This document shows positions 1 to 11,200 of a stretch of DNA of 64,000 bases, in pieces. This DNA is from the human T2T-CHM13v2.0 reference genome, Homo sapiens, in assembly GCF_009914755.1 (NCBI RefSeq), contig NC_060926.1. One strand, given 5' to 3'. A program made the position numbers and the translations under genes. The notes beneath the pieces are model-generated. The model was given only the letters and a program-made list of their open reading frames with translations. It had not been told where the DNA came from and made no database searches. Numbering within the stretch: position 1 is the stretch's first letter; the number at the start of each line of letters is the position of its first letter.

Positions 1-1216
1 TTCTTTCGAGAGAGCAGTTTTGAAACACTCTTTTTGTGGAATCTGCAAGTGGATATTTGTCTAGCTTTGAGGATTTCGTTGGAAACGCGATTACATATAA
101 AAAGCAGACAGCAGCATTCCCAGAAACTTCTTTGTGATGTTTGCATTCAAGTCACAGAGTTGAACATTCCCTTTCATAGAGCAGGTTTGAAACACTCTTT
201 TTGTAGTATCTGGATGTGGACATTTGGAGCGCTTTCAGGTCTATGGTGAAAAAGGAAATATCTTCCCCTGAAAACTAGACAGAAGCATTCTCAGAATCTT
301 ATTTGTGATGTGCACCCTCAACTAACAGTGTTGAACCTTTCTTTTGATAGAGCAGTTTTGAAACACTCTTTTTGTAAAATCTGCAATAGGATATTTGGTT
401 AGCTTTGAGGATTTCGTTGGAAACGGGATTGTCTTCATATAAACTCTAGACAGAAGCATTCTCAGAAGCTTCATTGGGATGTTTCAATTGATGTCACAGA
501 GTTGAACATTCCATTTCATAGAGCAGGTTTGAAACACTCTTTTTGTAGTATCTGGAAATGGACGTTTGGAGCGCTCTCAGGACTACGGTGAAAAAGGAAA
601 TATCTTCAAATAAAAGCTAGATAGAAGCAATGTCAGAAACTTTTTCAGGATGTATCTACTCAGCTAACAGTGTTGAACCTTTCTTTTGAGAGAGCAGTTT
701 TGAAACACTCTTTTTGTGGAATCTGGAAGTGGATATTTGTCTAGCTTTGAGGATTTCGTTGGAAACGGGATTACATATAAAAAGCAGACAGCAGCATTCA
801 CAGAAATTTCTTTGTGATGTTTGCATTCAAGTCACAGAGTTGAACATTCCCTTTCTTAGAGCAGGTTTGAAACACTCTTTTTGTAGTATCTGGATGTGGA
901 CATTTGGAGCGCTTTCAGGCCTATGGTGAAAAAGGAAATATCTTCCCCTGAAAACTAGACAGAAGCATTCTCAGAATCTTATTTGTGATGTGCGCCCTCA
1001 ACTAACAGTGTTGAAGCTTTCTTTTGATAGAGCAGTTTTGAAACACTCTTTTTGTAAAATCTGCAAGAGGATATTTGGATAGCTTTGAGGATTTCGTTGG
1101 AAACGGGATTGTCTTCATATAAACTCTAGACAGAATCATTCTCAGAAGCTTCATTGGGATGTTTCAATTGAAGTCACAGTGTTGAACAGTCCCTTTCATA
1201 GAGCAGGTTTGAAACA

Positions 1217-1224
<8 letters not shown>
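1..1224 (+). repeat. Alpha satellite 4-mer HOR array (680 bp, D2Z1-like), segment left of the first L1
   Basis: ~170-bp monomers with CATTCTCAGAA and TTTGAAACACTCTTTTTGT motifs. The 680-bp period is seen in ORF starts 34 and 714. CENP-B boxes alternate with GGTGAAAAAGGAAATA monomers. Confidence 0.98.
754..770 (+). promoter_or_regulatory. CENP-B box (representative; two per HOR, about every 340 bp)
   Basis: TTTCGTTGGAAACGGGA matches the NTTCGNNNNANNCGGGN consensus. Confidence 0.95.
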
Positions 1225-1256
<32 letters not shown>

Positions 1257-1263
<7 letters not shown>

Positions 1264-1341
1264 AAATATGCGCACCACATACAGCTATATCCCAATTTAT
1301 TTGTGTTCCCGGATATGTGAAGAAAGACATTCACTACAGCA
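1257..1341 (-). other. L1 3' transduction (85 bp), copy 1
   Basis: Non-L1Hs, non-alphoid sequence between the L1's own A11 tail and a second longer A tail. AATAAA on the minus strand at 1296-1301. Confidence 0.9.
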
Positions 1342-1480
1342 TTTTTTTTTTTATTATACTCTAAGTTTTAGGGTACATGTGCACATTGTGCAGGTTAGTA
1401 ACATATGTATACATGTGCCATGCTGGTGCGCTGCACCCACTAATGTGTCATCTAGCATTAGGTATATCTCCCAATGCTAT

Positions 1481-1505
1481 CCCTCCCCCCTCCCCCGACC
1501 CCACC
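1481..1505 (-). other. L1 3'UTR G-rich (G-quadruplex-forming) tract; also at 7689-7713
   Basis: Minus strand reads GGTGGGGTCGGGGGAGGGGGGAGGG, the known L1Hs 3'UTR polypurine tract. Confidence 0.8.
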
Positions 1506-1557
1506 ACAGTCCCCAGAGTGTGATATTCCCCTTCCTGTGTCCATGTGATCTCATTGT

Positions 1558-2001
1558 TCAATTCCCACCTATGCGTGAGAATATGCGGTGTTTGGTTTTT
1601 TGTTCTTGCGATAGTTTACTGAGAATGATGGTTTCCAATTTCATCCATGTCCCTACAAAGGATATGAACTCATCATTTTTTATGGCTGCATAATATTCCA
1701 TGGTGTATATGTGCCACATTTTCTTAATCCAGTCTATCATTGTTGGACATTTGGGTTGGTTCCAAGTCTTTGCTATTGTGAATAGTGCCGCAATAAACAT
1801 ACGTGTGCATGTGTCTTTATAGCAGCATGATTTATAGACCTTTGGGTATATACCCAGTAATGGGATGGCTGGGTCAAATGGTATTTCCAGTTCTAGATCC
1901 CTGAGGAATCGCCACACTGACTTCCACAATGGTTGAACTAGTTTAAAGTCCCACCAACAGTGTAAAAGTGTTCCTATTTCTCCGCATCCTCTCCAGCACC
2001 T
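1558..2001 (-). pseudogene. L1 ORF2p C-terminal fragment (about aa 1129-1275, CCHC region), copy 1
   Basis: RCWRGCGEIGTLLHCWWDFKLVQPLWKSVWRFLRDLELEIPFDPAIPLLGIYP...IGGN*. 147 codons plus stop, with no promoter and no endonuclease or reverse transcriptase domain. Confidence 0.96.
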
Positions 2002-2006
2002 TTTTT
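2002..2006 (+). repeat. Probable 5-bp target-site duplication TTTTT (partner 1220-1224; copy 2 at 7442-7446 and 8210-8214)
   Basis: The empty site in other HORs is CACTC-TTTTT-GTAG. Five Ts follow the L1 end (CACCT), and 777+5 equals the 782-bp phase shift. The left copy is merged into the poly(T), so the TSD length is ambiguous. Confidence 0.6.
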
Positions 2007-5000
2007 GTAGTATCTGGAAGTGGACATTTGGAGAGTTCTCAGGAATACGGTGAAAAAGGAAATATCTTCCAATAAAAGCTAGATAGAAGCAATGTCAGAA
2101 ACTTTTTAATGATGTATCTAATCAGCTAACAGAGTTGAACCTTTCTTTTCAGAGAGCAGTTTTGAAACACTCTTTTTGTGGAATCTGCAAGTGGATATTT
2201 GTCTAGCTTTGAGGATTTCGTTGGAAACGGGATTACATATAAAAAGCAGACAGCAGCATTCCCAGAAATTTCTTTGTGATGTTTGCATTCAAGTCACAGA
2301 GTTGAACATTCCCTTTCTTAGAGCAGGTTTGAAACACTCTTTTTGTAGTATCTGGATGTGGACATTTGGAGCGCTTTCAGGCCTATGGTGAAAAAGGAAA
2401 TATCTTCCCCTGAAAACTAGACAGAAGCATTCTCAGAATCTTATTTGTGATGTGCGCCCTCAACTAACAGTGTTGAAGCTTTCTTTTGATAGAGCAGTTT
2501 TGAAACACTCTTTTTGTAAAATCTGCAAGAGGATATTTGGATAGGTTTGAGGATTTCGTTGAAAACGGGATTGTCTTCATATAAACTCTAGACAGAAGCA
2601 TTCTCAGAAGCTTCATTGGGATGTTTCAATTGAAGTCACAGTGTTGAACAGTCCCTTTCATAGAGCAGGTTTGAAACGCTCTTTTTGTAGTATCTGGAAG
2701 TGGACATTTGGAGAGTTCTCAGGAATACGGTGAAAAAGGAAATATCTTCCAATAAAAGCTAGACAGAAGCAATGTCAGAAAATTGTTCATGATGTATCTA
2801 CTCAGCTAACAGTGTTGAACCTTCCTTTTGAGAGAGCAGTTTTGAAACACTATTTTTGTGGAATCTGCAAGTGGATATTTGTCTAGATTTGAGGATTTCG
2901 TTGGAAACGGGATTACATATAAAAAGCAGACAGCAGCATTCCCAGAAACTTCTTTGTGATGTTTGCATTCAAGTCACAGAGTTGAACATTCCCTTTCATA
3001 GAGCAGGTTTGAAACACTCTTTTTGTAGTATCTGGATGTGGACATTTGGAGCGCTTTCAGGCCTATGGTGAAAAAGGAAATATCTTCCCCTGAAAACTAG
3101 ACAGAAGCATTCTCAGAAACTTATTTGTGATGTGCGCCCTCAACTAACAGTGTTGAAGCTTTCTTTTGATAGAGCAGTTTTGAAACACTCTTTTTGTAAA
3201 ATCTGCAAGAGGATATTTGGATAGCTTTGAGGATTTCGTTGGAAACGGGATTGTCTTCATATAAACTCTAGACAGAAGCATTCTCAGAAGCTTCATTGGG
3301 ATGTTTCAATTGAAGTCACAGTGTTGAACAGTCCCTTTCATAGAGCAGGTTTGAAAAACTCATTTTGTAGTATCTGGAAGTGGACATTTGGAGCGCTCTC
3401 AGGACTACGGTGAAAAAGGAAATATCTTCCAATAAAAGCTAGATAGAAGCAATGTCAGAAACATTTTCATGATGTATCTACTCAGCTAACAGAGTTGAAC
3501 CTTTCTTTTGAGAGAGCAGTTTTGAAACACTCTTTTTGTGGAATCTGCAAGTGGAAATTTGTCTAGATTTGAGGATTTCGTTGGAAACGGGATTACATAT
3601 AAAAAGCAGACAGCAGCATTCCCAGAAACTTCTTTGTGATGTTTGTATTCAAGTCACAGAGTTGAACATTCCCTTTCATAGAGCAGGTTTGAAACACTCT
3701 TTTTGTAGTATCTGGATGTGGACATTTGGAGCGCTTTCAGGCCTATGGTGAAAAAGGAAATATCTTCCCCTGAAAACTAGACAGAAGCATTCTCAGAATC
3801 TTATTTGTGATGTGCGCCCTCAACTAACAGTGTTGAAGCTTTCTTTTGATAGAGCAGTTTTGAAACACTCTTTTTGTAAAATCTGCAAGAGGATATTTGG
3901 ATAGCTTTGAGGATTTCGTTGGAAACGGGATTGTCTTCATATAAACTCTAGACAGAAGCATTCTCAGAAGCTTCATTGGGATGTTTCAACAGAAGTCACA
4001 GTGTTGAACAGTCCCTTTCATAGAGCAGGTTTGAAACACTCTTTTTGTAGTATGTGGAAGTGGACATTTGGAGAGTTCTCAGGAATACCGTGAAAAAGGA
4101 AATATCTTCCAATAAAAGCTAGATAGAAGCAATGTCAGAAACTTTTTCATGATGTATCTACTCAGCTAACAGAGTTGAACCTTTCTTTTGAGAGAGCAGT
4201 TTTGAAACACTCTTTTTGTGGAATCTGCAAGTGGATATTTGACTAGCTTTGAGGATTTCGTTGGAAACGGGATTACATATAAAAAGCAGACAGCAGCATT
4301 CCCAGAAACTTCTTTGTGATGTTTGCATTTAAGTGACAGAGTTGAACATTCCCTTTCATAGAGCAGGTTTGAAACACTCTTTTTGTAGTATCTGGATGTG
4401 GAAATTTGGAGCGCTTTCAGGCCTATGGTGAAAAAGGAAATATCTTCCCCTGAAAACTAGACAGAAGTAGTCTCAGAAACTTATTTGTGATGTGCGCCCT
4501 CAACTAACAGTGTTGAAGCTTTCTTTTCACAGAGCCGTTTTGAAACACGCTTTTTGTAAAATCTGCAAGAGGATATTTGGATAGCTTTGAGGATTTCGTT
4601 GGAAACGGGATTGTCTGCATATAAACTCTAGACAGAAGCATTCTCAGAAGCTTCATTGGGATGTTTCAATTGAAGTCACAGTGTTGAACAGTCCCTTTCA
4701 TAGAGCAGGTTTGAAACACTCTTTTTGTAGTATCTGGAAGTGCACATTTGGAGCGATCTCAGGACTACGGCGAAAAAGGAAATATCTTCCAATAAAAGCT
4801 AGATAGAAGCAATGTCAGAAACATTTTCGTGATGTATCTACTCAGCTAACAGAGTTGAAACTTTCTTTTGAAAGAGCAGTTTTGAAACACTCTTTTTGTG
4901 GAATCTGCAAGTGGATATTTGTCTAGCTTTGAGGATTTCGTTGGAAACGGGATTACATATAAAAAGCAGACAGCAGCATTCCCAGAAACTTCTTTGTGAT

Positions 5001-7446
5001 GTTTGCATTCAAGTCACAGAGTTGAACATTCCCTTTCATAGAGCAGGTTTGAAACACTCTTTTTGTAGTATCTGGATGTGGACATTTGGAGCGCTTTCAG
5101 GCCTATGGTGAAAAAGGAAATATCTTCCCCTGAAAACTAGACAGAAGCATTCTCAGAATCTTATTTGTGATGTGCGCCCTCAACTAACAGTGTTGAAGCT
5201 TTCTTTTGATAGAGCAGTTTTGAAACACTCTTTTTGTAAAATCTGCAAGAGGATATTTGGATAGCTTCGAGGATATCGTTGGAAACGGGATTGTCTTCAT
5301 ATAAAATCTAGACAGAAGCGTTCTCAGAAGCTTCATTGGGATGTTTCAATTGAAGTCACAGTGTTTAACAGTCCCTTTCATAGAGCAGGTTTGAAACACT
5401 CTTTTTGTAATATCTGGAAGTGGACATTTGGAGCGCTCTCAGGAATACGGTGAAAAAGGAAATATCTTCCAATAAAAGCTAGATAGAAGCAATGTCAGAA
5501 ACTTTTTCATGATGTATCTACTCAGCTAACAGAGTTGAAGCTTTCTTTTGAGAGAGGAGTTTTGAAACACTCTTTTTGTGGAATCTGCAAGTGGATATTT
5601 GTCTAGCTTTGAGGATTTCGTTGGAAACGGGATTATATATAAAAAGCAGACAGCAGCATTCCCAGAAATTTCTTTGTGATGTTTGCATTCAGGTCACAGA
5701 GTTGAACATTCCCTTTCTTAGAGCAGGTTTGAAACACTCTTTTTGTAGTATCTGGATGTGGACATTTGGAGCGCTTTCAGGCCTATGGTGAAAAAGGGAA
5801 TATGTTCCCCTGAAAACTAGAGAGAAGCATTCTCAGAATCTTATTTGTGATGTGCGCCCTCAACTAACAGTGTTGAAGCTCTCTTTTGATAGAGCAGTTT
5901 TGAAACACACTTTTTGTAAAATCTGCAAGAGGATATTTGATTAGCTTTGAGGATTTCGTTGGAAACGGGATTGTCTTCATATAAACTCTAGACAGAAGCA
6001 TTCTCAGAAGCTTCATTGGGATGTTTCAATTGATGTCACAGAGTTGAACATTCCATTTCATAGAGCAGGTTTGAAACACTCTTTTTGTAGTATCTGGAAA
6101 TGGACGTTTGGAGCGCTCTCAGGACTACGGTGAAAAAGGAAATATCTTCCAATAAAAGCTAGATAGAAGCAATGTCAGAAACATTTTCATGATGTATCTA
6201 CTCAGCTAACAGAGTTGAACCTTTCTTTTGAGAGAGCAGTTTTGAAACACTCTTTTTGTGGAATCTGCAAGTGGGTATTTGTCTAGCTTTGAGGATTTCG
6301 TTGGAAACGGGATTACATATAAAAAGCAGACAGCAGCATTCCCAGAAACTTCTTTGTGATGTTTGCATTCAAGTCACAGAGTTGAACATTCCCTTTCATA
6401 GAGCAGGTTTGAAACACTCTTTTTGTAGTATCTGTATGTGGACATTTGGAGCGCTTTCAGGCCTATGGAGAAAAAGGAAATATCTTCCCCTGAAAACTAG
6501 ACAGAAGCATTCTCAGAATCTTATTTGTGATGTGCGCCCTCAACTAACAGTGTTGAACCTTTCTTTTGATATAGCAGTTTTGAAACACTCTTTTTGTAAA
6601 ATCTGCAAGAGGATATTTGGATAGCTTTGAGGATTTCGTTGGAAACGGGATTGTCTTCATATAAACTCTAGACAGAAGCATTCTCAGAAGCTTCATTGGG
6701 ATGTTTCAATTGAAGTCACAGTGTTGAACAGTCCCTTTCATAAAGCAGGTTTGAAACACTCTTTTTGTAGTATCTGGAAGTGGACATTTGGAGCGCTCTC
6801 AGGACTACGGTGAAAAAGGAAATATCTTCAAATAAAAGCTAGATAGAAGCAATGTCAGAAACTTTTTCAGGATGTATCTACTCAGCTAACAGTGTTGAAC
6901 CTTTCTTTTGAGAGAGCAGTTTTGAAACACTCTTTTTGTGGAATCTGGAAGTGGATATTTGTCTAGCTTTGAGGATTTCGTTGGAAACGGGATTACATAT
7001 AAAAAGCAGACAGCAGCATTCACAGAAATTTCTTTGTGATGTTTGCATTCAAGTCACAGAGTTGAACATTCCCTTTCTTAGAGCAGGTTTGAAACACTCT
7101 TTTTGTAGTATCTGGATGTGGACATTTGGAGCGCTTTCAGGCCTATGGTGAAAAAGGAAATATCTTCCCCTGAAAACTAGACAGAAGCATTCTCAGAATC
7201 TTATTTGTGATGTGCGCCCTCAACTAACAGTGTTGAAGCTTTCTTTTGATAGAGCAGTTTTGAAACACTCTTTTTGTAAAATCTGCAAGAGGATATTTGG
7301 ATAGCTTTGAGGATTTCGTTGGAAACGGGATTGTCTTCATATAAACTCTAGACAGAATCATTCTCAGAAGCTTCATTGGGATGTTTCAATTGAAGTCACA
7401 GTGTTGAACAGTCCCTTTCATAGAGCAGGTTTGAAACACTCTTTTT
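2002..7446 (+). repeat. Alpha satellite 4-mer HOR array between the two L1 copies (8 HORs)
   Basis: Exact 680-bp period (2176, 2856, 3536, ... 6936). Confidence 0.98.
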
Positions 7447-7463
7447 TTTTTTTTTTTTTTTTT

Positions 7464-7548
7464 AAATTAAAAATATGCGCACCACATACAGCTATATCCC
7501 AATTTATTTGTGTTCCCGGATATGTGAAGAAAGACATTCACTACAGCA
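7464..7548 (-). other. L1 3' transduction (85 bp), copy 2
   Basis: Identical by eye to 1257-1341. Confidence 0.9.
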
Positions 7549-7765
7549 TTTTTTTTTTTTATTATACTCTAAGTTTTAGGGTACATGTGCACATTGTGCA
7601 GGTTAGTAACATATGTATACATGTGCCATGCTGGTGCGCTGCACCCACTAATGTGTCATCTAGCATTAGGTATATCTCCCAATGCTATCCCTCCCCCCTC
7701 CCCCGACCCCACCACAGTCCCCAGAGTGTGATATTCCCCTTCCTGTGTCCATGTGATCTCATTGT

Positions 7766-8209
7766 TCAATTCCCACCTATGCGTGAGAATATGCGGTGTT
7801 TGGTTTTTTGTTCTTGCGATAGTTTACTGAGAATGATGGTTTCCAATTTCATCCATGTCCCTACAAAGGATATGAACTCATCATTTTTTATGGCTGCATA
7901 ATATTCCATGGTGTATATGTGCCACATTTTCTTAATCCAGTCTATCATTGTTGGACATTTGGGTTGGTTCCAAGTCTTTGCTATTGTGAATAGTGCCGCA
8001 ATAAACATACGTGTGCATGTGTCTTTATAGCAGCATGATTTATAGACCTTTGGGTATATACCCAGTAATGGGATGGCTGGGTCAAATGGTATTTCCAGTT
8101 CTAGATCCCTGAGGAATCGCCACACTGACTTCCACAATGGTTGAACTAGTTTAAAGTCCCACCAACAGTGTAAAAGTGTTCCTATTTCTCCGCATCCTCT
8201 CCAGCACCT
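7766..8209 (-). pseudogene. L1 ORF2p C-terminal fragment, copy 2
   Basis: The ORF track protein is identical to that of 1558..1929. Confidence 0.96.
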
Positions 8210-11200
8210 TTTTTGTAGTATCTGGAAGTGGACATTTGGAGAGTTCTCAGGAATACGGTGAAAAAGGAAATATCTTCCAATAAAAGCTAGATAGAAGCAA
8301 TGTCAGAAACTTTTTAATGATGTATCTACTCAGCTAACAGAGTTGAACCTTTCTTTTGAGAGAGCAGTTTTGAAACACTCTTTTTGTGGAATCTGCAAGT
8401 GGATATTTGTCTAGCTTTGAGGATTTCGTTGGAAACGGGATTACATATAAAAAGCAGACAGCAGCATTCCCAGAAATTTCTTTGTGATGTTTGCATTCAA
8501 GTCACAGAGTTGAACATTCCCTTTCTTAGAGCAGGTTTGAAACACTCTTTTTGTAGTATCTGGATGTGGACATTTGGAGCGCTTTCAGGCCTATGGTGAA
8601 AAAGGAAATATCTTCCCCTGAAAACTAGACAGAAGCATTCTCAGAATCTTATTTGTGATGTGCGCCCTCAACTAACAGTGTTGAAGCTTTCTTTTGATAG
8701 AGCAGTTTTGAAACACTCTTTTTGTAAAATCTGCAAGAGGATATTTGGATAGGTTTGAGGATTTCGTTGAAAACGGGATTGTCTTCATATAAACTCTAGA
8801 CAGAAGCATTCTCAGAAGCTTCATTGGGATGTTTCAATTGAAGTCACAGTGTTGAACAGTCCCTTTCATAGAGCAGGTTTGAAACGCTCTTTTTGTAGTA
8901 TCTGGAAGTGGACATTTGGAGAGTTCTCAGGAATACGGTGAAAAAGGAAATATCTTCCAATAAAAGCTAGACAGAAGCAATGTCAGAAAATTGTTCATGA
9001 TGTATCTACTCAGCTAACAGTGTTGAACCTTCCTTTTGAGAGAGCAGTTTTGAAACACTATTTTTGTGGAATCTGCAAGTGGATATTTGTCTAGATTTGA
9101 GGATTTCGTTGGAAACGGGATTACATATAAAAAGCAGACAGCAGCATTCCCAGAAACTTCTTTGTGATGTTTGCATTCAAGTCACAGAGTTGAACATTCC
9201 CTTTCATAGAGCAGGTTTGAAACACTCTTTTTGTAGTATCTGGATGTGGACATTTGGAGCGCTTTCAGGCCTATGGTGAAAAAGGAAATATCTTCCCCTG
9301 AAAACTAGACAGAAGCATTCTCAGAAACTTATTTGTGATGTGCGCCCTCAACTAACAGTGTTGAAGCTTTCTTTTGATAGAGCAGTTTTGAAACACTCTT
9401 TTTGTAAAATCTGCAAGAGGATATTTGGATAGCTTTGAGGATTTCGTTGGAAACGGGATTGTCTTCATATAAACTCTAGACAGAAGCATTCTCAGAAGCT
9501 TCATTGGGATGTTTCAATTGAAGTCACAGTGTTGAACAGTCCCTTTCATAGAGCAGGTTTGAAAAACTCATTTTGTAGTATCTGGAAGTGGACATTTGGA
9601 GCGCTCTCAGGACTACGGTGAAAAAGGAAATATCTTCCAATAAAAGCTAGATAGAAGCAATGTCAGAAACATTTTCATGATGTATCTACTCAGCTAACAG
9701 AGTTGAACCTTTCTTTTGAGAGAGCAGTTTTGAAACACTCTTTTTGTGGAATCTGCAAGTGGAAATTTGTCTAGATTTGAGGATTTCGTTGGAAACGGGA
9801 TTACATATAAAAAGCAGACAGCAGCATTCCCAGAAACTTCTTTGTGATGTTTGTATTCAAGTCACAGAGTTGAACATTCCCTTTCATAGAGCAGGTTTGA
9901 AACACTCTTTTTGTAGTATCTGGATGTGGACATTTGGAGCGCTTTCAGGCCTATGGTGAAAAAGGAAATATCTTCCCCTGAAAACTAGACAGAAGCATTC
10001 TCAGAATCTTATTTGTGATGTGCGCCCTCAACTAACAGTGTTGAAGCTTTCTTTTGATAGAGCAGTTTTGAAACACCCTTTTTGTAAAATCTGCAAGAGG
10101 ATATTTGGATAGCTTTGAGGATTTCGTTGGAAACGGGATTGTCTTCATATAAACTCTAGACAGAAGCATTCTCAGAAGCTTCATTGGGATGTTTCAACAG
10201 AAGTCACAGTGTTGAACAGTCCCTTTCATAGAGCAGGTTTGAAACACTCTTTTTGTAGTATGTGGAAGTGGACATTTGGAGAGTTCTCAGGAATACCGTG
10301 AAAAAGGAAATATCTTCCAATAAAAGCTAGATAGAAGCAATGTCAGAAACTTTTTCATGATGTATCTACTCAGCTAACAGAGTTGAACCTTTCTTTTGAG
10401 AGAGCAGTTTTGAAACACTCTTTTTGTGGAATCTGCAAGTGGATATTTGACTAGCTTTGAGGATTTCGTTGGAAACGGGATTACATATAAAAAGCAGACA
10501 GCAGCATTCCCACAAACTTCTTTGTGATGTTTGCATTTAAGTGACAGAGTTGAACATTCCCTTTCATAGAGCAGGTTTGAAACACTCTTTTTGTAGTATC
10601 TGGATGTGGAAATTTGGAGCGCTTTCAGGCCTATGGTGAAAAAGGAAATATCTTCCCCTGAAAACTAGACAGAAGTAGTCTCAGAAACTTATTTGTGATG
10701 TGCGCCCTCAACTAACAGTGTTGAAGCTTTCTTTTCACAGAGCCGTTTTGAAACACGCTTTTTGTAAAATCTGCAAGAGGATATTTGGATAGCTTTGAGG
10801 ATTTCGTTGGAAACGGGATTGTCTGCATATAAACTCTAGACAGAAGCATTCTCAGAAGCTTCATTGGGATGTTTCAATTGAAGTCACAGTGTTGAACAGT
10901 CCCTTTCATAGAGCAGGTTTGAAACACTCTTTTTGTAGTATCTGGAAGTGCACATTTGGAGCGATCTCAGGACTACGGCGAAAAAGGAAATATCTTCCAA
11001 TAAAAGCTAGATAGAAGCAATGTCAGAAACATTTTCGTGATGTATCTACTCAGCTAACAGAGTTGAAACTTTCTTTTGAGAGAGCAGTTTTGAAACACTC
11101 TTTTTGTGGAATCTGCAAGTGGATATTTGTCTAGCTTTGAGGATTTCGTTGGAAACGGGATTACATATAAAAAGCAGACAGCAGCATTCCCAGAAACTTC

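Larger units (their letters stand above)
1225..2001 (-). mobile_element. 5'-truncated L1Hs-Ta insertion with 3' transduction, copy 1
   Basis: Order on + strand: poly(T) 1220-1256, 85-bp tag 1257-1341, poly(T) 1342-1352, L1 3'UTR and ORF2 end 1353-2001. Ta diagnostic ACA at 1444-1446 and CTTAGAGTATAAT G at 1361. HOR phase is shifted by 782 bp (714 to 2176). Confidence 0.97.
7447..8209 (-). mobile_element. 5'-truncated L1Hs-Ta insertion with 3' transduction, copy 2
   Basis: Same truncation point, tag (7464-7548) and private variants as copy 1. Poly(T) runs are 22 and 12 nt versus 37 and 11 nt. Confidence 0.97.

Noticed and set aside
1257-1341. Twin-priming inversion as the origin of the 85-bp segment
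   Set aside because: It lies 3' of the L1 poly(A), not at the 5' end, and it does not match L1Hs closely.
1558-1929. 123-aa minus-strand ORF as a functional gene
   Set aside because: It is only the C-terminal remnant of L1 ORF2p, with no 5'UTR, ORF1, endonuclease or reverse transcriptase domain.
7401-7901. 166-aa chimeric ORF (satellite, poly-Phe, tag, antisense L1), and the related ORFs at 1179 and 1268
   Set aside because: The frame depends on homopolymer lengths and differs between the two copies. There is no promoter or conservation evidence.
1225-8209. Two independent L1 insertions, or LTR-like ends of a composite transposon
   Set aside because: Identical junctions and private variants plus duplicated flanks on both sides point to one insertion copied by tandem duplication.
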